Assembly (NCBI GenBank): GCA_000934665.2
Contig: JYFJ02000421.1
Location: forward strand, 124,001 to 149,591
Length of the DNA: 25,591 nucleotides
Source of the DNA: Catajapyx aquilonaris
Taxonomy: Eukaryota
Direction of reading: 5' to 3'
The notes under the pieces are model-generated. The model was not told the origin of the DNA. It saw nothing but the letters and a program-made list of their open reading frames with translations, and searched no databases. The position numbers were made by a program, and so were the translations under genes. This document shows, one piece after another, positions 13,201 through 22,598 of this stretch. The first letter of the stretch is position 1. Each line of letters begins with the position of its first letter.

Positions 13201-14491
13201 CTGTCAGATCAACATCGAAACGTTTCCAATAACTAGGTTTGAAACCAACCGACACACGCATTCTGTGGCAATAGCCAGAAATTAACTCAAATTCTATATT
13301 TTATTCAGTGCCATTGCTTGTGAGTTTTTAATGTGAAAAAAAACGCTATGGTACATGGACGGGTCAAAATTAATAACTGCAGGCTGTCTCCTCTATGTAG
13401 ATATGAATAGGCCTATGTGTAGAAAGCGGTCATAATACAAAGGAAAGTTATAAGTGATTTGATTGGATGGCTGTAGAAAAAAAAAGGTCCAGTAGCGCAT
13501 TTTGACGCAGATTGATTAATCCTAGTACACGAAATGCTTCGACCAATTATCAACACGTTTCTCCATCGTGACGTCACAAAATGGATTTCCGACGCCATTT
13601 CTCAACATCTACTATATAGGATAATGACTGAAAATTCATTATCCTTGCATAATATTGTCCAATTTGATCCTAATTTGAAGACCTGCACGAAAATGTACGA
13701 GGTCGTGCCCGGGTTCGGACCACCGAAATGAAATTCAATATTGGACTTTTTTTTTCATTTTTATGGCCACGTTTATCTTCACACTTGAACGACGCAAATA
13801 AATTACTTATCAGTTCATGAGAAGCTCGTGATGAGGCTTCCTTGTCTAATGACCTCAGCTTGTATAGGTTCTGGCGCGCCTCATGCTTTGATGCAACCAT
13901 GTTGTAATTATGTATGGGGTTTAAACCATACTTAAACTGGTGAAGTTTTTTTTTGAGTCTTGGAAATATTTCAGTCACTTGACAGCGGATATCTCTATTA
14001 GACTCAGTTTTTTTTTTGCGGACCTAGAGTACAAAAAAAATTGGGTCTACACTATCAGTAAGAGGCATTTACTCAGAGTGCTTTCATTATCTCGATGCAG
14101 TTGGTAGATAGCCCAAAATATTTAGTAAATAAAGGCGACAATTTATTAAAATAATGGAAAAATAATTTAAGTTATGCATGGTCCTCTCTCGTTTGGGTTA
14201 TTTTGTTAAATTTGGCAAATAGTTGTTCTTGAAATAGCTTGTGAATTAACAGGGTGTAGTATTGCGATGTTGCAATATATTTACAGGTCACATGAGTTTG
14301 TTGTATTTAGCATCTGGACACAATGTCAGCGCAATATGTGGGTGATTTACAAGATTCATGCAAACTTGTAGGGTAAACACTTTCCTTACCAGAAAATCAC
14401 GTTATGGTGTTCATGATCACTGTAAAATGCTCCTCTTGTATACCCAGGAGATTATCTCAGAAGTGTGTCGAAATCATTCAACACCAACACA

Positions 14492-15004
14492 TAGCGTGTT
14501 TCTTACTAGTAGGTTCATCCAACAAGGAGCGTACTGGTTGGCGCGAAACAAGTCAGCGGAAATGTAGTGGTGAGAAATGTCGAGGGACCAGCTATAGAAA
14601 TGAGGTATAAGGTATAGACGATGAGAAATATTTGCTTTCCCCTAGACACACGCGACAACCCGCACACTGCAGAGGCTGCTATTAGGCTAAAGAGCCCATG
14701 CAATGGTTGCCTGCGAGGCAGTATATGAGCTTGATAATGCTGAATGGCAGGCGTCACCTCGTATATACACAGTAATCAGTATCACGCCCATATCCTGTTC
14801 CCCAGGCAACCATGCATGTGCACATGTTGTGCCTGGCAACGGCTGCAATGTGGGTTGTCGCGTGTGTCTAGGGGAAGGCAAATGTTTATCTCCGTCTACC
14901 TCGTTTTGTCCCTCAACAGTTCTCACCCCTGCATTTTTGACTTATTTTTGGGCCAACTATACTATGGTGCCTGCCGGAAATACTTCTTTCTAAGAAACAC
15001 CCTG
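14492..15004. mobile_element. Old foldback MITE, Tc1/mariner superfamily (CAGGGTG terminus, maT-like)
   Basis: Right end AAGAAACACCCTG|TA (15004); left end is degenerate, TAGCGTGTTTCTTA (14492). The long imperfect arms include TTCCCCTAGACACACGCGACAACCC (about 14637-14661) inverted against GGGTTGTCGCGTGTGTCTAGGGGAA (about 14852-14876), and ATGGTTGCCTG against CAGGCAACCAT. Confidence 0.75.
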
Positions 15005-16641
15005 TATCCCTTTTATGAGTGAGCCCTGTCTAATCTCTTGATCGCAAATTTTGTTTCCTCCAAGCTCATTTAATTATGGGTGATGAAGAAATTTATAATA
15101 AGCCTACTTTTAGGCCTGCTCTTGTTTTAAATATAGACCTATACACATGTATAGTATAGGAACTTTCCTGCAGATGTAAAGACGACAGAAAAAACTTTTA
15201 GAGCCTCGAATCCAAATGCTAATTTTGAAAGCAGTGTTTGAGAAAACCATTGCTGTTTTTTTTAAACCAGAGTAGTTGCCTAGTTTGAAGCAAAGTTTCT
15301 TGGGAGGCTTTAAAATCTTCAAACCTAAAGTCCAAGCAAGGATAGAAGATGAATATAACATGGTAATTTTTGCTTTCATGTGCAAAGTGCATTTTGACAA
15401 ACTTGTAGATGAACCAGAGTTGCAAATATAGGATATAAATGGAATTGTTTGGAACTAAAATAGATATCAATAGTTGCATGAATTTGTGAATAGGAAAGTG
15501 AGTTCAAAGTGCCTGTCTTGTTAGTTAACAGTGTTAGCACGTGTTTCTGTTGATTATTTTGGAAGGGCTGCGTTGTAATTAATGTGGAAGAGTCGAAGTT
15601 CAAAGTCCACGTCACTATATTATCGGGTTGCGCTGGAGCATTACGCCAGTTTGGGTAGCAGCGGAAAAAAAACTTTGAACTATAGCTCTTACATTTAAAC
15701 TCAAAACATTCCTATTCCCACATGCGGGAATTTTTTTATAGCCTACTGGATCAGGCAATATTATTTTCCTCTTAAAAAAAAGTTGAAGCTGGCGACTTTT
15801 TAAAACACGGGAAACATTCGATTGTGTGGGGGTGCTCATGCGCGCAGTTTAGAAAAAGCTAGAGTGCTCGACCATTCTTTTAAGCAGTAGGCCTATAGCG
15901 CCTAGGTATTCAGTGAATATTGCAAAGACCACTAAAGATTGTATTTTGATATATGACAAGTGTCTTGCACCTTGTTCGTCATTTATATTTTCTTTCCTCA
16001 TGTAATAATGGTGTATGATCTCTAATTAAGCGTTATTTGTGTAAAAAATCAGCTTGTGTCAAAGAGGTTAACATGACATGCGCAGTCGCATTGAAGAAGA
16101 TGCCAGTCCAGGGGCCAGTGATATTGTATTGACATATTCATTAGCTTCCCGAAAATGTTACTGAAAATGTGCACTGATGAAGATTTAGGTGAAGGGTGGG
16201 GGTAGGGGGAAATTAACCAGAACACTGAAAAATACCGTGTGTGAGAAAATTTTAAATTCAGAAAATACTATCAGGTGCATGAAATTTTTGGATAGGAAAA
16301 TGAATCCGATGTAGTGTTAATAAAATCATTTAGAATTATGTAAAATTATCCACCGATCTTTGATGCACTTGCCATTTTTTTTTAATTCAGAATTTTCTGT
16401 GTGGGTGTATAAGGAGCATAAAAATTAATGCTACCGGTACTCGTCTTTGACCACTATTTGGTTGAGGCAGCAGTCAACAATGCCTATAGAAGTGCCACCA
16501 GAGTATTTGTGAAATTGGAGCAGATGAATTTGCTTGCATTTATTAGGCATACTGTATGTATTTCTCAACGGTATTACATTGTGCGATTTGGGACCACTAC
16601 GAGGCCACAGTAAAAAAAATGTCGTAGAAAAGTTCAGCACA

Positions 16642-16718
16642 AGTCGATGTGATGGACTGAAATTGCTGCATCAATGGATTATTCAATGAGTCAGCTATTT
16701 CAGTCCATCATGTCGACT
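16642..16718. repeat. 77-bp near-perfect hairpin (38-bp arms)
   Basis: AGTCGATGTGATGGACTGAAATTGCTG...CAGCTATTTCAGTCCATCATGTCGACT. The first 22 pairs are uninterrupted on the + strand (2 G-T), with 4 true mismatches overall and the centre at 16680. Confidence 0.85.
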
Positions 16719-17041
16719 ACAATCTAAGCAGGCCAGATGATGCCATTGCCACCAGAGTGTACGGCACTAGACAATAATTTATTATTGCCTGGTATGTAAA
16801 ATGTTTTGAAGCGTAAGCTTACCATGTGAATAAGCAATGGATGAACATTATAAGTACTACACCAAATTCCTGGAGTCCTTATGGACACCTTGTATATTCT
16901 TTTGTATTTAATAATAATTGAATTATTCTTTCCCCATTACTTATAGCTTTTCATACTACGACATATCATATAGTGTAATTAAAATATCACAGCTATATTG
17001 GTTAACTACTGTATGTGGTGTTATCTTGCAGCATGTATATA

Positions 17042-17477
17042 CACTGTTCGGAAATTTAACCTACCGTCGCTTTGAGAAATGATAGAGGGGTTCTAGGTGA
17101 TCACTTTGATTATATCCAACATGGGTCTCCGACGCATATAGTTGCGAGATAATTAGCATGCAATAAAATGTGCATTATCCCAGTTTATAGGTTACGGATA
17201 CTCCTTACGTCACTTCCATCGCCTAGGCCATTTCCTGCTATACACCTAACAGGATCGTAAATTTAAATTAAATTACATGGTAACACCTTATTTAAATGAA
17301 AAAAGGTAAGGTCGCGTGGAGGGACGCATACGTGCCAGGATATTTTATACCTTGTGCTTCAAGCACATTATATCGGTAACTATGCGTCGGAGACCCATGT
17401 TGAATATACTCAAAGTGGTCGCCTAGAACCCATATATCATTTCCCAAAACGACGGTATAGGTTAAATCCGAACCCTG
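17042..17477. mobile_element. MITE with about 100-bp imperfect terminal inverted repeats (probably Tc1/mariner type)
   Basis: Left arm TTCGGAAATTTAACCTACCGTCG...CAACATGGGTCTCCGACGCATA is inverted against TATGCGTCGGAGACCCATGTTG...CGACGGTATAGGTTAAATCCGAACCCTG. Left flank is TA; right end is CCCTG. Confidence 0.75.
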
Positions 17478-17955
17478 TTCTACGTAGTGTTCTCAATGCG
17501 CAAGGAACGGCCTCACATGCGAGGGCATCAAAAGAAAACCTGTCCCTCGGTGGGCCTAAATACTGTAAGCCTAAATCTATATAGAATGATCAAAAAATAT
17601 AAAGGTAAGGATGTGTACGTTCATTTTAGTATTCCATTTGGCACAGTTTCATTAAAACATTGCAAAATAAAAATTAGTCTATATACGAGTATACTTACTG
17701 ATTTATCATTGCCGTTAAGTTTTATCAGTATAGCCGTCATTATTTTATGAATCGGTTTCATCATCTTCAAACAGTATATAGGCCTACACTGTTTATTAAA
17801 ATTGGGCCCACATGCTTTATTGGTGAAAATTTCGTCAATTTTTTTTTGCGTCAGGTTGGTAGGCCTACTCCTGTGCTCGAATGTATACCAACCAAATACG
17901 AAGCACAGTTAGAAAACCTAAGGTGTACTATACTTCACACACACACACACCCAGG

Positions 17956-18176
17956 CGCGCATTCCTATCCTTGTGAGGTTTTTCCAAAATTTAAAATTTA
18001 AAACTAACCTAACCTAACCTACAAGGAAACACACGAAATTTTGGTGAAATATATCTTTACTGCCTTTATGAGGTATTTTTCGATTTTTCCCTATCCTTGT
18101 GAGGCGTGTGTTCACTATGAGGTACAGGAAAACTACCTCGTAATGACAAAATTCCTCACAAGGATAGCAATGCGCG
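17956..18176. mobile_element. Small non-autonomous element embedded in a (CA)n tract, with 23-bp inverted ends and internal (CTAAC)n
   Basis: CGCGCATTCCTATCCTTGTGAGG (17956-17978) is inverted against CCTCACAAGGATAGCAATGCGCG (18154-18176, 1 mismatch). A third, direct copy CCTATCCTTGTGAGG lies at 18090-18104 and (CTAAC)3 at 18004-18018. CA repeats lie on both sides in the same orientation (17936-17950, 18179-18196). Confidence 0.7.
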
Positions 18177-18389
18177 TCCACACCCACCCACACACATACC
18201 GTCAGTATATATGTTTACAAAGTCTAATAATGTTTTAGACTGTTTCATATACTGTATAAGCTTCATACAGTACAAGAAAGCCGAGGATTTTCATGTTATA
18301 CCCAGTATCCGGCACCATAAGAGCGAGGGTCGAAATAGCAAAATACAAATTCATCGCAGGCCACTTAAGCGGAGAGCATAGAAGCTGTA

Positions 18390-18551
18390 CTATCGGGTTC
18401 AAATACTTTTGGCCATTTTATCCTAGCCTTGAAGCAACCCTTCGCACAAGCCCCACGTTAAGGCCAGGTGTGGGTGTGTGTGTGTGTGTGTGTGTGTGAA
18501 GGGTTGCTTCAAGACCAGGATAAAGTGGCCAAAAGTATTTGAACCCGATAG
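18390..18551. mobile_element. Tc1/mariner-type MITE, about 55-bp TIRs, TA TSD, internal (GT)n
   Basis: TA|CTATCGGGTTCAAATACTTTTGGCCA...TGGCCAAAAGTATTTGAACCCGATAG|TA. The arms continue through TTGAAGCAACCCTTC with 3 mismatches, and (GT)n lies at about 18474-18498. Confidence 0.9.
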
Positions 18552-18934
18552 TACATCCTATCGTTAACTCCATAAAATACCAATGACACGGTGTGTTAAA
18601 TGAAACGTGCAACGGCCTATGTAACATGTTGGCCGAAAATCGCTTTTTTATTTTAAAAGGGGCCGTAGTGCAGCGGCATGCATCAGGTTGTGCTGCTAGA
18701 TGGAAGCACATCATTATTATATTCCCACGAAAGGAAAGCGGAAGAGAAATGGCCTTAGAAAGCAACACTTGAATATTGTCTTTTTTAAATCACTTAAATG
18801 ATGTCTTGACATGTCTGTTGATGTTGTTTTACAAGTTATTGCCATGAAAGTTTACATTCGTGATAAAAAGTGCATAACTTAGAAAATTTCAAACAACTCA
18901 TTCAAGAGAACCTGAATATAATTTTACGTATTAA

Positions 18935-19056
18935 CCTCCTGAGACCCCTGGTACAGTATACTGTACCTTTGTTTTTGTTTTTTTACGCGTTTGAGTTAGT
19001 CAGAAGGTGCTGGAAAAAACAAAGGTACAGTATACTGTACCATGGGTCTCAGGAGG
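18935..19056. mobile_element. piggyBac-type MITE, TTAA TSD, about 41-bp TIRs
   Basis: TTAA|CCTCCTGAGACCC...GGGTCTCAGGAGG|TTAA (TTAA at 18931-18934 and 19057-19060). Each arm carries the perfect palindrome GGTACAGTATACTGTACC. Confidence 0.9.
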
Positions 19057-19514
19057 TTAAACACTCAATGCATGGTCATTTTACGACTTATTTTTATTGC
19101 CCATATAGTCCAAGATCATGTTGCAGTTGCTGCATAATGTCTCGAGTTTTGCGCAATGTAATAACTACTTCAATTATATTACATATTCCCTCAAAATATT
19201 ATTGCATATTTCTGCACAGTTGATCATAAAAATTGCTGGATCAATGTAATGTGTTTTAATTACGTTTTACTGCACTTTTGTTAGGGAAGTGACATTGACC
19301 TGCAGTATTTTCTCAATTGATGCAGATTCAATAAGGAAAATAAATGAATATTTATATTTATTTTATCATAGCCCTGTTAATTAGTTATTATAATATTAAT
19401 GTGTCATTTCATAATCATGATGACGTTATCCAGTATACTGTATGTTCCGATTGAAATGTCTCTTGTGGTTATAATTTTTTTTGGTACTAAATGCTGCTTA
19501 TCATATAATTACAG

Positions 19515-19731
19515 CAGGGTGTTCCAGATTCGTGGGTCACTTTTTGATAACTGATATCGTCCGATATGAGTTATTTTTTGTAGCTTGTTGTGCCCCTAAC
19601 CATGTGCTCCATTCTATAAGCAGTAGTTATAGAATGGGGCACATGGTTAGGAGGACAACAATATACAACAAATAACTGCTATCGGGCGATATCAGTTATC
19701 GAAAAGTGACCCACGAATCTGGAACACCCTG
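19515..19731. mobile_element. Whole-element palindromic MITE, CAGGGTG terminus (maT-like Tc1/mariner)
   Basis: CAGGGTGTTCCAGATTCGTGGGTCACTTTT...AAAAGTGACCCACGAATCTGGAACACCCTG|TA, with about 105-bp arms and a 7-nt loop at 19620-19626. The left flank reads TA-CAG-CAGGGTG. Confidence 0.9.
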
Positions 19732-19898
19732 TATAGACCCTCCTAGAGTCCTTCTAACAGTTAGGCCTATGCCTATTCCACGTACTGTATAATGTTAGCA
19801 GATAATATTTTTATTACTACTATAAAAGTGACTGACTGAAAGATATTGCTTAATAACAATGCATATGGCGACAAAAATTGCTTACTGAAACTCCAATT

Positions 19899-20709
19899 CA
19901 AGGGTTCCTTCATTTTTGTAGTTGATCTTAGTCGCCTGTATACATACTCATGTCAGATGAATAGGGAGGATGTTCCAACAGCTCCCATTCCCATTTCCGA
20001 ACAGCAATGGCCACATGACAGCAAGGGTTGTCGTGGAAGACAATGGGTCCTCTCTGTAACAAATCATTCCTCTTAAGGCGAATTTCTGGGCGGAGATGAT
20101 GTTTCAATTATGATATTGATGCTGCTTTCCAATTTCCATTGCCAATTCCAGGCAGGTCCATTGCCAGTCCATATCCAACAGAGTTGTCACAGCTTCGACG
20201 TTGGTCGGGTCAGTTGCAGTACGAGAGAGCTGGGCCTTCTTTAAATATATGCTTGTACGAACCTCACAATGCAATGGTACGATACGGGAGGCAGAGTCAC
20301 CACACGTCTGCACAAGACATTGATGGTGCTGTCAGGCAGATTTTCCACGTGAAACATGATCTTGATGAAGCAGGGCTGTCTTAGCGGGTACACTTTAAAC
20401 AGGCATTGCTCCGCACATACTGCTGTGACTGCTTCGCTAATGGTATCATACCACTGATATGGTTCCCCAGGGCTGACTCGTAAAGTACGTATCAACAGTG
20501 CAAAAAGAACTGTCCCAGTCATCCTGACGTGTGGGCTGGCCGCTCGACACACACCATGTAAGTTACATGGTGTGTGTCCAGCGGGCAGCACACACATCAG
20601 GATGACTGGGACAGTTCTTTTTGAACTGATGATACCTATCCACATTCGGTCCTGGCAGCCTGGGGTGCCAAGTGGTAACAGTGTTGCCAATAATTATCGG
20701 ACAACCCTA
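19899..20709 (-). mobile_element. Mariner (DD34D-type) transposon relic: 5' TIR plus internally deleted, frameshifted transposase
   Basis: Minus-strand 5' end TA|TAGGGTTGTCCGATAATTATTGGCAACAC. N-terminal remnants are QPCFIKI/RGKSA*QHHQCLVQTCGDSA/PYRTIA and TATDPTNVEAVTTLLDMDWQWTCLELAMEIG (HTH). These are followed by LKHHLRPEIRLKRNDLLQRGPIVFHDN (HDN at 20035-20027), WEWELLEHPPYSSDMS (cf. HPPYSPDL; 19972-19958) and KMKEPL. The WVPHEL motif and the first catalytic D region are missing, and no 3' TIR was found. Confidence 0.87.
20489..20635. repeat. 147-bp palindrome (73-bp arms, 1-nt loop) inside the mariner 5' region
   Basis: GTATCAACAGTGCAAAAAGAACTGTCCCAGTCATCCTGA...CACACCATGTAA-G-TTACATGGTGTG...TCAGGATGACTGGGACAGTTCTTTTTGAACTGATGATAC. 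The centre is 20562, with TA one base outside each end. Confidence 0.9.
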
Positions 20710-20819
20710 TATATTAGTGTTTCATTATTTGTAAGGGGAAAAATCAACACGGATTATTTTTTTGAAAGGGCGGTCTTTCTCCCATCCCATGTGTGTCAAG
20801 AGTAAATCTAAAGTATTAT

Positions 20820-20915
20820 TTTATTTATCATACCCCGTGCTAGAGCTTTTGGCTCCCTTAGGGGTGTGGATTACCACCATTGGATGGGACCAGGGCTAGG
20901 GAAGGAAGGAAGCGG
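20820..20915 (-). mobile_element. 96-bp 5'-truncated retroposon tail with 16-bp TSD
   Basis: Exact direct repeat AAATCTAAAGTATTAT at 20804-20819 and 20916-20931. The minus strand ends CCCCTAAGGGAGCCAAAAGCTCTAGCACGGGGTATGATAAATAAA. Confidence 0.8.
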
Positions 20916-21364
20916 AAATCTAAAGTATTATATACCATGCATAATCTTTGAAAGATGTTACATTGTGATGCTTTTTTCACTGGTGTATAGGACTACAGTA
21001 TAACTTGGGATTAACATTTCCCAGAGCGAGAGATGATGTGTGGTATAAAAAAAGGTTCCCTCCAAGTTATTTTTAAGGACCTTTACCTCTGCTCTATCTA
21101 CCTGTCTCTATAATATAACCAATATTAATTTTCCTTTCTAAAAGCATGCGGTAAGGTGGCACAAGCGGCATCTATGGGTTTCCTCTTGGACATCGTGTGA
21201 GTTACCATATACAAATGCACAGCTTGAGGTTAAAGTTTCTCACTTCCTGTATGTGTTCCAAATGGAAAGTGTCAAAATCATTGAGCTATCCCCGGAAGCA
21301 TTCATGTGGACAATTCTATGTATGCCTGATTTAATTATCCCTTACAGTTGGACGCTTATAAAGT

Positions 21365-21366
<2 letters not shown>

Positions 21367-21402
<36 letters not shown>
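21367..21402. repeat. (TC)18 microsatellite
   Basis: Perfect TC run. Confidence 0.97.
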
Positions 21403-21408
<6 letters not shown>

Positions 21409-21696
21409 ACTCATTTCATTTCTTTTATGTGGAACAGTCACCCTCTTCATTACTAATGCAATTATTTTATTATCGGTTTCAGACTAGAATTTTATTAAGG
21501 AAAATTGAGGATTTCCTTGCATGACTAGTAAAAAGTGCACTCTAAGTACCATATAACTGTATTACGAGATCATAATCTGTCTCAACATTGACTTTCTCAC
21601 TGCTTCCTTCCCTAAAACCCTCGGCATCCGGGGTGGGGGTTCTCTATGGTCGAAAAGCTTGCCTTTTGTACACAAGCCAGTTTAATCTAATTCTCT

Positions 21697-21938
21697 TGGG
21701 CGACACGGTGGCCGAGTGTTTAGCGCCGCAGCCTTCCACCTCTAAGGTCCCGAGTTCGATCCCTGGGTCGGACGGAGGATAGAGTTTTGATGGGTTCTCT
21801 CCGTGTTCGCGTGGGTTTTCTCGGGGTTCTCCCGTTTCCTCCCACTATCAAAATCCATCACATTACAGGCAAATGATTAAAGTCGGGTATTCAAAAGATG
21901 ATCCCCTAAGAGGCCCAAGGGGTCTATCACGGGGTATC

Positions 21939-21987
<49 letters not shown>
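21697..21987 (+). mobile_element. V-domain SINE (tRNA head, V core, (TTA)n tail), full length
   Basis: A box TGGCCGAGTGT at 21709-21719 and B box AGTTCGATCCC at 21753-21763. The core GTTCTCTCCGTGTTCGCGTGGGTTTTCTCGGGGTTCTCCCGTTTCCTCCCAC (21794-21845) matches the V-SINE conserved domain as I recall it. (TTA)n runs from 21941, and the 12-bp TSD ATCTAATTCTCT lies at 21685-21696 and 21988-21999. Confidence 0.9.
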
Positions 21988-21989
<2 letters not shown>

Positions 21990-22452
21990 CTAATTCTCTG
22001 CTAGGGGTTTGGAACTATGCGGGAGTCCGGATGTTTGGGCAAATACTCTATACAGTATATAGAACATTTTTTATCCTTTTATGTTTGTTATCAAAATTGA
22101 CAGCACGCACCTTTGGATTTTTTCACGGGATACTTATTATGTTGTTGTTATTACTGCACATGTCTAAAAGGAGTTTACGAAGTTTATCGTCGCAACCAGG
22201 TTTTACAGCACCTTCATTTGATTTACTTTGTGTATATCCTGCAACATCTGCTTCAGCACCTCATCTGACTGCCACCATATTCATCCTCCGTTGTCAAGAT
22301 ATTGTCATACAATTGACAATGTCACTTGAAGACATGAAGGCATCCTTCACAAATGTATGCAGAGCTCAGAAGTATATGGCTAGAATTTTTAGAGATAAAA
22401 AACGAGAATACATAATTATAGAGTAAATGTGAAAATTCTAGCCTACTGCACT

Positions 22453-22598
22453 TGTCCAACTGTCCAACTTCCAAGATAGAGATGTGTCCAACTTAGCACC
22501 ATTACAGGGGATAGCTTTTTGACTGTGCCAAAAATAATGTCCAACATATAGAGAGGTGGCCAACATACTAAGGTGTCGAGTTTCACAGGTTTTACTAT
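22453..22598. mobile_element. Possible right end of a pogo/Tigger-like MITE with subterminal repeats
   Basis: TGTCCAAC at 22453, 22461, 22485 and 22538, and TGGCCAAC at 22557. The last units have a 17-19 bp period ending in AGG and finish CAGGTTTTACTAT (cf. ...GGTTTTACTG|TA). No matching left end is seen. Confidence 0.45.

Noticed and set aside
12372..13576. TGACGTCA (CRE) palindromes at 12372 and 13569 as promoter elements
   Set aside because: Isolated 8-mers with no gene or transcription start evidence; such words are common in repeat interiors.
15835..15875. CTAGAGTGCTCGACCA resembling one terminus of an Academ-like element
   Set aside because: No partner terminus or TSD was found, and the resemblance is from memory only.
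22031..22426. 131-aa ORF (and the 131-aa ORF 3518..3913) as genes
   Set aside because: No recognisable domain, and such lengths are expected by chance. 3518..3913 is antisense to the RTE relic.
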